Shown one piece after another: positions 8,663 through 18,680 of a stretch of 64,000 nucleotides of DNA (positions are counted from its first letter, which is position 1; the number at the start of each line of letters is the position of its first letter). Below the pieces are notes generated by a model that had not been told where the DNA came from, did no database searches, and saw only the letters and a list, made by a program, of their open reading frames with translations. This DNA is from Thermoplasmatota archaeon (lineage in GTDB: Archaea > Thermoplasmatota > E2 > DHVEG-1), in contig JBFEOQ010000001.1 of assembly GCA_041550515.1 (NCBI GenBank), forward strand, positions 50,998-114,997, in the 5' to 3' direction. Made by a program: the position numbers and the translations under genes.

Positions 8663-9976
8663 TCAGTTATCTTTCTCAAGTTTAACCTTTAAAATTGATT
8701 CCTCTTTATCTACGATAATTACCTTTGTATTTGGTTCAATATTAGAATCAGATGTTGCTTTCCAGTACTCACCTTTGAAACGAACATAACCTTGTTTATT
8801 AGGCGCTATTCTCTCTATTGTCTCAGCTCTCTCACCAATAAAAGTACCAACAGCTACCTTTTTCCTTTTAGCTTGTATTGCTTTATATAACAAAAAAACA
8901 AAGAATACTGCTATAATAATGCTTATTGATAATAAAATTATCATTGCGTCTGTCATATAATTCCTCGATATTAGCCATTCTCTATTAGGATAACCTGGTA
9001 TTAGTAATATTCCACCTATTAATAAACTTATAATACCACCTATACCTACTAGACCAAAGCCAGGTAAAACAAATATTTCAATTATTAATAGTAGACAACC
9101 AATTACTATAAATATAATACTTAAAGTTGACACAGAAAAACCTGATCCAATGAGTGATAATAGTATCGCTATTAGTCCAAATATTTCAGCTCCATAGCCT
9201 GGTGCTGATATTCCAAAAATAACTGCAAAAATACCTAGTATTAATAATAAAGATGTAAGAACAGGATTTGAAAAAAATTTCATAAATTGAATACTAATTG
9301 ATTGAGTATATTGAATTTGTTTTACATATCTTGTATCAAGAACTACTTCCCTTTTGGAAGTTTTAATAGTTGAACCATTAATATATTTTAACAATTGTTC
9401 TATTGATGAGGCTTTATACTCTATAACTCCATATTTTATCGCCGAGGATTCATTTAAATTAAGATTTTCAGTAATAAATCTACTTACAATTGTATGATTG
9501 CGATTATAAATCTCAGCACGTGTTTCAATCCATTTTACCAAAGCATTAATTGTTTTAGAATCGTTTATAAGACGTGTACCTTCAATGCTTATCTCAACAG
9601 GTTGACAAGAGCCAATAATAGTATAATCAGCCATAGCAGCAATATGGGTACTAATCAAGACAAAAGTGCCTGCAGACCACGCTGCCGATCCAGAGGGATA
9701 AACATATCCAACTATAGGAATTTCACTATTATTTATCATATCAGCAATTTCAAATGTTTCTTTTAAACCACCACCCGGTGTATCAAGCAGCAAAACAATT
9801 GCCTGTGAATTTTCATTTTTTGCAAGCTGAATACTTTCTTTTAATATTTCAACAGTAGATTGATCAATTGTATCCGTGATTTCAACAATAACTACATTTG
9901 AATTCTGAGCAACTACACAAAAAGATAAAGAAATAGAAATAAAAAATAAAAAAATTAGAGAAAAATTTAGTTTCAT
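8663..9976 (-). CDS. NfeD-like membrane-bound ClpP-class serine protease (stomatin operon partner)
   Basis: Signal peptide, ClpP-like LLLDTPGGGL, central TM helices and a C-terminal OB-like tail. Overlaps the upstream SPFH gene by 4 nt. Confidence 0.7.
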   Translation of the reverse strand: MKLNFSLIFLFFISISLSFCVVAQNSNVVIVEITDTIDQSTVEILKESIQLAKNENSQAIVLLLDTPGGGLKETFEIADMINNSEIPIVGYVYPSGSAAWSAGTFVLISTHIAAMADYTIIGSCQPVEISIEGTRLINDSKTINALVKWIETRAEIYNRNHTIVSRFITENLNLNESSAIKYGVIEYKASSIEQLLKYINGSTIKTSKREVVLDTRYVKQIQYTQSISIQFMKFFSNPVLTSLLLILGIFAVIFGISAPGYGAEIFGLIAILLSLIGSGFSVSTLSIIFIVIGCLLLIIEIFVLPGFGLVGIGGIISLLIGGILLIPGYPNREWLISRNYMTDAMIILLSISIIIAVFFVFLLYKAIQAKRKKVAVGTFIGERAETIERIAPNKQGYVRFKGEYWKATSDSNIEPNTKVIIVDKEESILKVKLEKDN

Positions 9977-10767
9977 TCTTTCTTCTTAGTCACTGCTTTA
10001 GCTATTCCCGCAATGTTACCTATTTCACCACCTGGTACAATGATAAGGTTTTTTTCACGTGCTATTTCTGTTAATGTTTGTAGCTCTCTTAATCTTAATG
10101 CAACTGGTGTTTCTTCATAAAGTTTTGCTGCTTCAGTCATTTTTGCTGATGCTTCAAGCTCACCTTCAGCCATTATTATTCTTGATCGTTTCTCTCGTTC
10201 TGCTTCAGCTTGTTTTGCAATTGCTCGTAGCATCTCCTCTGGTAATGAAACATCTCTAATGTTTACTGAAGAAACTTTTATTCCCCAAGGGTCGGTACTA
10301 AGGTCTATTACTTCTTGAAGGCTTTTGTTGAGTGCTTCTCTTTGTGATAATAGTTCGTCAAGGTTTTGTTGACCGATTATATCTCTTAATGTTGTCTGAG
10401 CAAGTAAACTTGTGGCAACATCATACCTTTGGACTTCTACTACAGCTTTTTCAGGGGATGTTATTCTAAAATAAACAATTGCATCAACATCTACAGTGAC
10501 ATTGTCACGAGTAATGATACGTTGTTTTGGAACATCTATAACTCTGGTTCTTAAATCAAGTTTTATAATCTTATCAATTATTGGTATTATTAATACAAGT
10601 CCAGGACCTTTTATTCCAATTAATCTCCCTAATCGAAATACAACTACTCTTTCATATTCCGCCATTATTTTTATTGCTGAAAGCAATATAGTTATAAAAA
10701 AAATTACTATTATAAATAATATTATCGCCCATACGTCCATAATCTTTCCTCCAAATAAAAAAAACAA
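9973..10767 (-). CDS. SPFH/band-7 (stomatin/prohibitin) family protein
   Basis: N-terminal TM, then RVVVFRLGRL...RDNVTVDVDAIVYFRI..., then a coiled-coil EAEREKR tail. Confidence 0.85.
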   Translation of the reverse strand: MFFLFGGKIMDVWAIILFIIVIFFITILLSAIKIMAEYERVVVFRLGRLIGIKGPGLVLIIPIIDKIIKLDLRTRVIDVPKQRIITRDNVTVDVDAIVYFRITSPEKAVVEVQRYDVATSLLAQTTLRDIIGQQNLDELLSQREALNKSLQEVIDLSTDPWGIKVSSVNIRDVSLPEEMLRAIAKQAEAEREKRSRIIMAEGELEASAKMTEAAKLYEETPVALRLRELQTLTEIAREKNLIIVPGGEIGNIAGIAKAVTKKKE

Positions 10768-10868
10768 TGTTTAGTTATTAAGCATTTCTAAAAAAAACAT
10801 AAAAAAACAATATCTTTTTTAGATAAACAGTTTTATTAAATAATTAAGTATCCTTGATAATGAATTGA

Positions 10869-12164
<1,296 letters not shown>

Positions 12165-12209
12165 ACATTATTATATCTTTTTTGATACCTGTTTTTTGGA
12201 GTAATTTTT

Positions 12210-13166
12210 ATGAAAGTATTAATTACTGATAAAATGGCAGAGGAAGCAATAAATGTATTAAAAAAAGCAGGTCATGAAATAACATACAATGAAATGGATG
12301 CTTCAACTCTTTTAGAGGAAATAGAAAAATATGATGCACTTATGATACGCAGTCGAACAAAAGCTGTAAAAGAAGTCATTGAAGCTGGAGCAAAAGGGAA
12401 ACTAAAAGTTATTGGTCGTGCAGGAATTGGAGTTGACAATATTGATATCGAAATTGCAGGAAAACATAAAATCCCTGTCGTTAATGCCCCCACTGGTGCA
12501 ACAGCCAGCGTTGCAGAATTAACATTAGGTCACATTCTAACACTATCAAGAAAAATTACATATGCAGATAAAACTATGAAAAAAGGAGAATGGGCAAAAA
12601 AGAAACTAAAAGGTTTCGAATTAGATGGTAAAACATTAGGGTTGATTGGAACCGGAAACATTGGAAAATATACTGCAAAATTAGCAAAATGTTTTGGTAT
12701 GAAGGTAATCGGTTATGACCCATTTATTTCAAAAGAAAATATGAAGAAAGATGGTATTGAAAAAGTTGAAGATATTACTCAAATTATGGAAAAATCTGAT
12801 TATATCAGTCTTCATATTCCTCACATTCAAACAACCCATCATATTGTAAATAAAGAGATGATTGATAAAATGAAATCCTCTGCCTTTTTAATTAATTGTG
12901 CTCGCGGTGGAACTGTTGATGAAAACGCATTATATATTGCTTTAAAAAATGGAAAAATTGCAGGGGCTGCACTTGATGTATATGAAAAAGAACCTCCAGA
13001 AAAAAGTCCATTATTTGAACTCGACAATATTGTGATGACACCACATATTGGTGCTAACACAAAAGAAGGGCAAATAAAAGCAGGAGCTATCTGTGCTGAG
13101 CAGATAAATAAAGTTCTTGCTGGAAAAAAGCCAGATCATTGTGTAAATAAAAATTTTTTAAGTTGA
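12210..13166 (+). CDS. D-isomer-specific 2-hydroxyacid dehydrogenase (phosphoglycerate dehydrogenase-like, no ACT domain)
   Basis: NAD-binding GLIGTGNIG, with catalytic R/E/H region (NCARGG...MTPHIG). Confidence 0.6.
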   Translation: MKVLITDKMAEEAINVLKKAGHEITYNEMDASTLLEEIEKYDALMIRSRTKAVKEVIEAGAKGKLKVIGRAGIGVDNIDIEIAGKHKIPVVNAPTGATASVAELTLGHILTLSRKITYADKTMKKGEWAKKKLKGFELDGKTLGLIGTGNIGKYTAKLAKCFGMKVIGYDPFISKENMKKDGIEKVEDITQIMEKSDYISLHIPHIQTTHHIVNKEMIDKMKSSAFLINCARGGTVDENALYIALKNGKIAGAALDVYEKEPPEKSPLFELDNIVMTPHIGANTKEGQIKAGAICAEQINKVLAGKKPDHCVNKNFLS

Positions 13167-13239
13167 TTAATTTCCCATTTCTTTATTATATACTTAATAT
13201 AGAAAACATTAAAGATAGAAAACTGTTTTTATTTGTTGT

Positions 13240-13944
13240 ATGAAAAATCTAGATAAAATCGTTAATAAAATCGAAAAAAACATTGATGGAAAAGATAAAA
13301 TTCGTGAACATGCGCTCCGTTCTAGTCGTGAAATAATTATATCTTGTCGTAAAGCTATTCAAAGTGTACATCAAAATAAAATGAAATATGCGAAAAATAA
13401 CATTAAAAAAGCAGCCTTAAACTTGCAAACACTTTACGATATAACAAAACCACATCCTGAACTTTTTCATGCAGGTTTTGTAGAGAATGCTGCTCAAGAG
13501 TTGGTTGAAGCAGCCTGTCTTTATAATATTATGACTGGGAAAGAACTTCCAGATCCTGATGAATTACAAACAACATATAGTAGTTATCTTATGGGCCTAT
13601 GTGACCTAGTTGGTGAATTACGTCGTACAGCATTAGATAGTATCCGCAATGGGGAAAGTAAAAAAGCAGATGAATATCTTAATATGATGGAAGAAATATA
13701 TGATGTAATCATTCGTTTTGATTATTCTTCAGGATTTATTCCAATTAAGAAGAAACAAGATATGATCAGAGGTCTTATTGAAAAAACACGAGGAGAGTTA
13801 GCCGTAGCAAGTTGTGAAAGACGAATTGAATATCGTACAAGTGAATTCCGTGGTATGTTAGATCGTGCAAATGGTGCCAAAAAAAAGCAAAAAAGGGCTA
13901 AAGGCGAAGAGAAAAATGACCTTGATATTGATGACATTTGGTAG
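13240..13944 (+). CDS. translin-family protein
   Basis: Helical, 234 aa. GLCDLVGELRR resembles the conserved translin/TRAX DxxGELxR region. Confidence 0.45.
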   Translation: MKNLDKIVNKIEKNIDGKDKIREHALRSSREIIISCRKAIQSVHQNKMKYAKNNIKKAALNLQTLYDITKPHPELFHAGFVENAAQELVEAACLYNIMTGKELPDPDELQTTYSSYLMGLCDLVGELRRTALDSIRNGESKKADEYLNMMEEIYDVIIRFDYSSGFIPIKKKQDMIRGLIEKTRGELAVASCERRIEYRTSEFRGMLDRANGAKKKQKRAKGEEKNDLDIDDIW

Positions 13945-14037
13945 TTTAAATACTAAACTCATTTTTTCTCCTTATATTCAATAGGAATGTTTATAAAATG
14001 TTTTTATATACTGCACAACCTACATGGCTTGTATATT

Positions 14038-14583
14038 ATGACTCATATACAAATTGAAAATATTATCGCAAACGCTCAAATTTCAGAGTTAATTGATATC
14101 AAATTTTTATCAGAAAAAATCACTGACTGTAGCTATAATCCTTCAGAATTTAATGGTTTATCAATAAAATATGAAAAAGAGAACATTGCTGTGATTATTT
14201 TAGAGACGGGAAAAGTTGTTTGTACTGGTGCAAAAGAAATTTCTAATGCAGTTGAAAAAATTAAAAAAGTTGCTAATCAATTAAAAAAATTTGGTTTAAA
14301 AATTAAAAAAGATTACGAAATAAAAATTGAAAATATTACTGTAACAACAAATCTTAAAAAAGATCTTCATCTTGAAAATATTGCTAAAAACCTAATATTT
14401 CAAGAATTTGACTTTCACCCTGAGACTTTTCCAGGTTTAATATATAAAATGGATGATTTGCAAACAATTTTAATTATCTTCAACACCGGTAAAATTGTAT
14501 GTACTGGTGCTAAAAATATTGATGATGCAACCAATTCAATTAATAAAATAAAAGAAAGATTTACATCAATAGGAGTTTTATAA
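14038..14583 (+). CDS. tbp: TATA-box-binding protein paralog 1 (divergent)
   Basis: Two TBP repeats (VVCTGAK, IVCTGAK), but the first repeat lacks the canonical EQFPGL (it has NPSEFNGL). Start taken at MTHIQIEN. Confidence 0.75.
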   Translation: MTHIQIENIIANAQISELIDIKFLSEKITDCSYNPSEFNGLSIKYEKENIAVIILETGKVVCTGAKEISNAVEKIKKVANQLKKFGLKIKKDYEIKIENITVTTNLKKDLHLENIAKNLIFQEFDFHPETFPGLIYKMDDLQTILIIFNTGKIVCTGAKNIDDATNSINKIKERFTSIGVL

Positions 14584-14591
14584 AAAAATAT

Positions 14592-14598
14592 AAGGAGG
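14592..14598 (+). promoter_or_regulatory. Shine-Dalgarno-like AAGGAGG upstream of TBP paralog 2
   Basis: aaggagg lies 11 nt before ATG 14610. Only 26 nt separate the two tbp genes, suggesting co-transcription. Confidence 0.3.
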
Positions 14599-14609
14599 AA
14601 AAGTAATCT

Positions 14610-15167
14610 ATGCCGGAAGTAATTGTTGAAAATATTGTGGCGTCTACATCTTTTGCAGATAAGCTAGATTTAGACGTAATAGCACAATCTTTAGAAGAAG
14701 CAGAATATGAACCAGAACAATTCCCAGGTTTAGTATATCGATTAAGCGATCCAAAAACTGCAACGCTTCTTTTTAGAAGTGGAAAAGCAAATTGCACAGG
14801 TGCAAAAAACCTTAAGGATGTAAAGAAAACAGTTGATATTATAGCAGATAAACTAAGAAAGCTTGGTGTAGAAGTCTACAAAGATAAAGAATTAAAAATT
14901 GTTATCCAAAATATAGTAGCCATTTCAGATCTTGGAACAGAATTAAACCTTAACGAAGTTGCAATGGGCCTTGGACTTGAAAATGTAGAATATGAACCTG
15001 AACAATTCCCAGGTTTAGTATACCGTATTCGTGATCCCAAAGTTGCAATGTTACTTTTTGGCTCTGGTAAAATTGTTTGCACTGGTGCACGTCAAACAGA
15101 AGACGTATCAAAAGCTGTTGAAAAACTCTCTCAAGAGCTCACATCCCTAGATCTTATTAAAAAATAA
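14610..15167 (+). CDS. tbp: TATA-box-binding protein paralog 2 (canonical)
   Basis: Both repeats carry EYEPEQFPGLVYR...CTGA. Confidence 0.9.
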   Translation: MPEVIVENIVASTSFADKLDLDVIAQSLEEAEYEPEQFPGLVYRLSDPKTATLLFRSGKANCTGAKNLKDVKKTVDIIADKLRKLGVEVYKDKELKIVIQNIVAISDLGTELNLNEVAMGLGLENVEYEPEQFPGLVYRIRDPKVAMLLFGSGKIVCTGARQTEDVSKAVEKLSQELTSLDLIKK

Positions 15168-15174
15168 AAAAATA

Positions 15175-16635
15175 TCAATTTTTTTTCTTAGAACAGCTTG
15201 AAGCAATAATTACAGATTGAACAGCAGCCATTGCAGCAGCAGTTTTAGAATTAGATGATTGAGCTTTAATATTTTTAACATATTCAACTACTTGATCAAG
15301 GATTTTATATCTTGGTATGAAACCAGTATTATAACTACCTTTAACAAACTGCTCATTATTCATAACAACCTGATGGAAGGGAATATTATGGCGAACACCG
15401 CTTATCTGAAACTCCCAAAGTGACCGCTTAACACGTGCAATGCATCTATTTCTATCTTCCGCCCAAACAATAAGCTTTGCAATCATACTATCATAAAATG
15501 ATGGAATAATAAAACCTTGATAAACTCCAGAATCAATTCTAATTCCAGGACCAGAAGGTTCTGCGTAGTGAATTATTTTACTTGGTGCAGGTAAAAAATT
15601 ATTTAGTGGATCTTCTGCATTTATCCTGCATTCTATCGCATGCCCTCTTGCTTTAATATCACTTTGTTCATATTCGAGTTCTAACCCCGATGCAACACGA
15701 ATTTGTTCACGGGCTAAGTCTACACCAGTTATTACTTCAGTTATTGGGTGTTCGACTTGCAAACGAGTGTTCATCTCTAAAAAATAATATTTACCATCTT
15801 TAAACATAAACTCACAAGTACCCGCATTATAGTAACCAGCAGTTTTTGCAACTAAAACAGCTTGTGCGCCCATCTCTTCCCGTAATTTTGGAGTAAGTGC
15901 ACAAGATGGTGTTTCCTCTATTAATTTCTGATGTCTCCTCTGGATAGAACACTCCCGTTCAAAACAATGAATTAAATTACCTTGCTTATCGCCAATAATC
16001 TGAAATTCAATATGACGTGGATCTTCAATAAATTTCTCAATAAAAACAGAGTCGTCACCAAAACTATTTTTTGCTAATTGTCGAACGTTATCAAGGGCTT
16101 TTTCTATTTGTTTTTCATCATCAACTTTTTGAATTCCTATACCGCCACCTCCAGCAGATGCCTTAAGCATAATAGGATAACCTATTTCATGAGCAATATT
16201 TTTTGCTTTTTCATGATCATAAATTGCTTCTGTAACACCAGGAACAACATGAACTCCTGCTTTAATCATTGATTTTTTTGAATCTATTTTTGACCCCATA
16301 AGTTTCATTGCTGATACCGGAGGACCAATAAACTCAATACTATTTTTATGACAAAGTTCTGCAAAATCATAGTTTTCTGCCATAAAACCATATCCCGGGT
16401 GAATTCCTTCAGCCTGAGTTTTTAATGCTACATCAATAATTTTTTGTTTCTGAAGATAAGATTGACTTGCTGGACTTGGACCAATATTATATTTTTCATC
16501 AGCATACTTTACAAAAAGAGCTTTTTTATCAGCCTCAGAATAAACTGCAACAGTTGTGATTCCTAATTCTTTACATGCTCGCATTATTCGAACAGCAATT
16601 TCACCACGATTTGCAATTAAAACCTTATTTAGCAT
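15175..16635 (-). CDS. pycA: pyruvate carboxylase subunit A (biotin carboxylase)
   Basis: MLNKVLIANRGEIAVRIMRA, ATP-grasp, biotin carboxylase C-domain. Adjacent to pycB. Confidence 0.85.
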   Translation of the reverse strand: MLNKVLIANRGEIAVRIMRACKELGITTVAVYSEADKKALFVKYADEKYNIGPSPASQSYLQKQKIIDVALKTQAEGIHPGYGFMAENYDFAELCHKNSIEFIGPPVSAMKLMGSKIDSKKSMIKAGVHVVPGVTEAIYDHEKAKNIAHEIGYPIMLKASAGGGGIGIQKVDDEKQIEKALDNVRQLAKNSFGDDSVFIEKFIEDPRHIEFQIIGDKQGNLIHCFERECSIQRRHQKLIEETPSCALTPKLREEMGAQAVLVAKTAGYYNAGTCEFMFKDGKYYFLEMNTRLQVEHPITEVITGVDLAREQIRVASGLELEYEQSDIKARGHAIECRINAEDPLNNFLPAPSKIIHYAEPSGPGIRIDSGVYQGFIIPSFYDSMIAKLIVWAEDRNRCIARVKRSLWEFQISGVRHNIPFHQVVMNNEQFVKGSYNTGFIPRYKILDQVVEYVKNIKAQSSNSKTAAAMAAVQSVIIASSCSKKKN

Positions 16636-16651
16636 TTTTAAACACCATTGT

Positions 16652-18487
16652 TTAAAGGATTTGCATGATAAGATCCCCGCTTGCTACTGAATTTCCTTCT
16701 TTTATAAAAATATCTTTAACCTCTCCAGATACTTCAGATTTAATCTCTTGTTCCATTTTCATAGCTTCAATAGTTGCTATTACATCCCCTGATTTTACTT
16801 TATCACCTTTCTTTACTTTAATGGAAAGAATTGTTCCTTGCATATTCGATTTAATTCCACCTTCAACATTTTTTGGTATACCGCCTGAATCATCTATAGT
16901 GGCCCCCTCAGCAACCAAAAAACCACCAGATGGGATTACTTTTACTTCAAAAGGTTCACCATCAACTTCAACTTCAAATTCAGTTGGAATTTGTGCAGGA
17001 CTAGTACGTTTTTCAGGTGATTCTATCTCAAGCCATAATTGCTTAACTTCAGGAAAACTCTGTTTAACCATACTACGAGTTAAAGGATTATCTATTTTAA
17101 GTGGCAGTTGTTCAGATGTAAATTCGGCTTTAGCTTGGCCTTTTAAAAATTTAAGTCCGACTTGAGGATAAATACAATAGGTCATAATATTTTCATCATT
17201 TAGCTCTATATCTGATTGCTCTTTAAGTTCACTTTTACGTTGAGACCACATAGGTTTTAATAGATCAGATGGACGGCAATCAATTATCTCATCTTTCCAT
17301 TTAGAACCAAGAACTTTTTTCAAAATATTTTGATTTATTGGAGCAGGTGATTTACCATACATTCCTTTACAATAATCCTTGGTTTCCTTTGTAATAACTT
17401 TATAGCGCCCATGAAGTACATTCATAACTGCTTGAACCCCAACAACCTGACTTGTAGGTGTAACTAATGGCGGATATCCTAACTCCTTGCGAACACGAGC
17501 GGTTTCTAATAATATTTCCTGGTATTTACCATGAGCTCCTTGTTCCTCAAGTTGAAATATTAAGTTACTTAGCATACCCCCAGGAACCTGATGAAGTGTA
17601 ACACTTGGATCAACTTTAAGGGCATTAAACCTATGTAGGTGTCTATATTTATGCCATATTCCAAGGAAATATTTACGAATCTCAATAAGTAATTCTAAAT
17701 TATAACCAGTTTCCCATTCAGTATCCTTTAAAGCAGCAACAACGGACTCTGTTGCAGGAGCAGCTGTTCCTCCACTAATTGAACTAATTGCTGTATCTAA
17801 AATATCCACACCTGCCTCAGCAGCACGTTGATAAGCCATTCCCGTCATTCCACTAGTATAATGACTATGAAGATCAATTGGTATTTTTATACCTTCATCT
17901 TTCACACCTATAATTATATCATATACTCTCTGTGGTGTAATCATACCCGCCATATCTTTTAAACAAAGAGTGTCCGCACCCATCTTTTCTAGCTTTTTAA
18001 AATTTTCAACAAAATAATCAACAGTATGGACAGGTGATATTGTATAGCTTAAACAAGCTTGTACATGTCCACCCTCATTTTTTACTGATTTCATTGGTAT
18101 TTCCAAGTTACGAAGATCGTTTAAAGCATCAAAAATTCGAAAGTTATCAACACCATTCTTTTTTGCAAGAAAAATAAATTTTTTAACAATATCATCAGGA
18201 AAATTCCGATATGCAACAATGTTCATTGCACGCTCTAGCATTTGCATCGGTGTATTTGGCATTGCTTTTTTGAGTAATCTTATTCTTTCCCAAGGATCTT
18301 GATTGAGATAACGTATACATACATCAAATGTCGCACCACCCCATACCTCAATTGAGAAATATCCAACTTGATCAAGTTTATCTGTAATAGGTAACATATC
18401 CTCCGTTCTCATACGAGTAGCAAGCATTGATTGATGTGCATCTCTTAATATCATTTCGTGGAGCATAACCATATCTTCTACCTCCAA
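16652..18487 (-). CDS. pycB: pyruvate carboxylase subunit B (carboxyltransferase plus biotinyl domain)
   Basis: HMGL-like TIM barrel (RDAHQS, DTAG). C-terminal biotinyl motif EAMKME. Confidence 0.85.
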   Translation of the reverse strand: MEVEDMVMLHEMILRDAHQSMLATRMRTEDMLPITDKLDQVGYFSIEVWGGATFDVCIRYLNQDPWERIRLLKKAMPNTPMQMLERAMNIVAYRNFPDDIVKKFIFLAKKNGVDNFRIFDALNDLRNLEIPMKSVKNEGGHVQACLSYTISPVHTVDYFVENFKKLEKMGADTLCLKDMAGMITPQRVYDIIIGVKDEGIKIPIDLHSHYTSGMTGMAYQRAAEAGVDILDTAISSISGGTAAPATESVVAALKDTEWETGYNLELLIEIRKYFLGIWHKYRHLHRFNALKVDPSVTLHQVPGGMLSNLIFQLEEQGAHGKYQEILLETARVRKELGYPPLVTPTSQVVGVQAVMNVLHGRYKVITKETKDYCKGMYGKSPAPINQNILKKVLGSKWKDEIIDCRPSDLLKPMWSQRKSELKEQSDIELNDENIMTYCIYPQVGLKFLKGQAKAEFTSEQLPLKIDNPLTRSMVKQSFPEVKQLWLEIESPEKRTSPAQIPTEFEVEVDGEPFEVKVIPSGGFLVAEGATIDDSGGIPKNVEGGIKSNMQGTILSIKVKKGDKVKSGDVIATIEAMKMEQEIKSEVSGEVKDIFIKEGNSVASGDLIMQIL

Positions 18488-18680
18488 TCCCTTAACAATT
18501 ATTTATTTTACTTAACTTTGGTATCTCAAATGCGAAATGGTATCTAATTTACCTACTTAAGAATGTTGGATATAAAATAAAAAAAATAATTTTATTTTCT
18601 TATTAAAAGTTTAGGAATAAAGTTTATTAATAGAATTTTTTATCTCCATAGTTTATAAATTTAATTTAAGGGGTATAATA

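Noticed and set aside
16665-17165. 166-aa + strand ORF antisense to pycB, and the many other 60-100 aa antisense ORFs in the track (e.g. 9494-9766, 10059-10259, 34623-34808, 37419-37689, 50158-50780)
   Set aside because: All are embedded in longer, motif-supported genes on the opposite strand. In AT-rich DNA, antisense frames commonly stay open, and none shows a recognisable motif.
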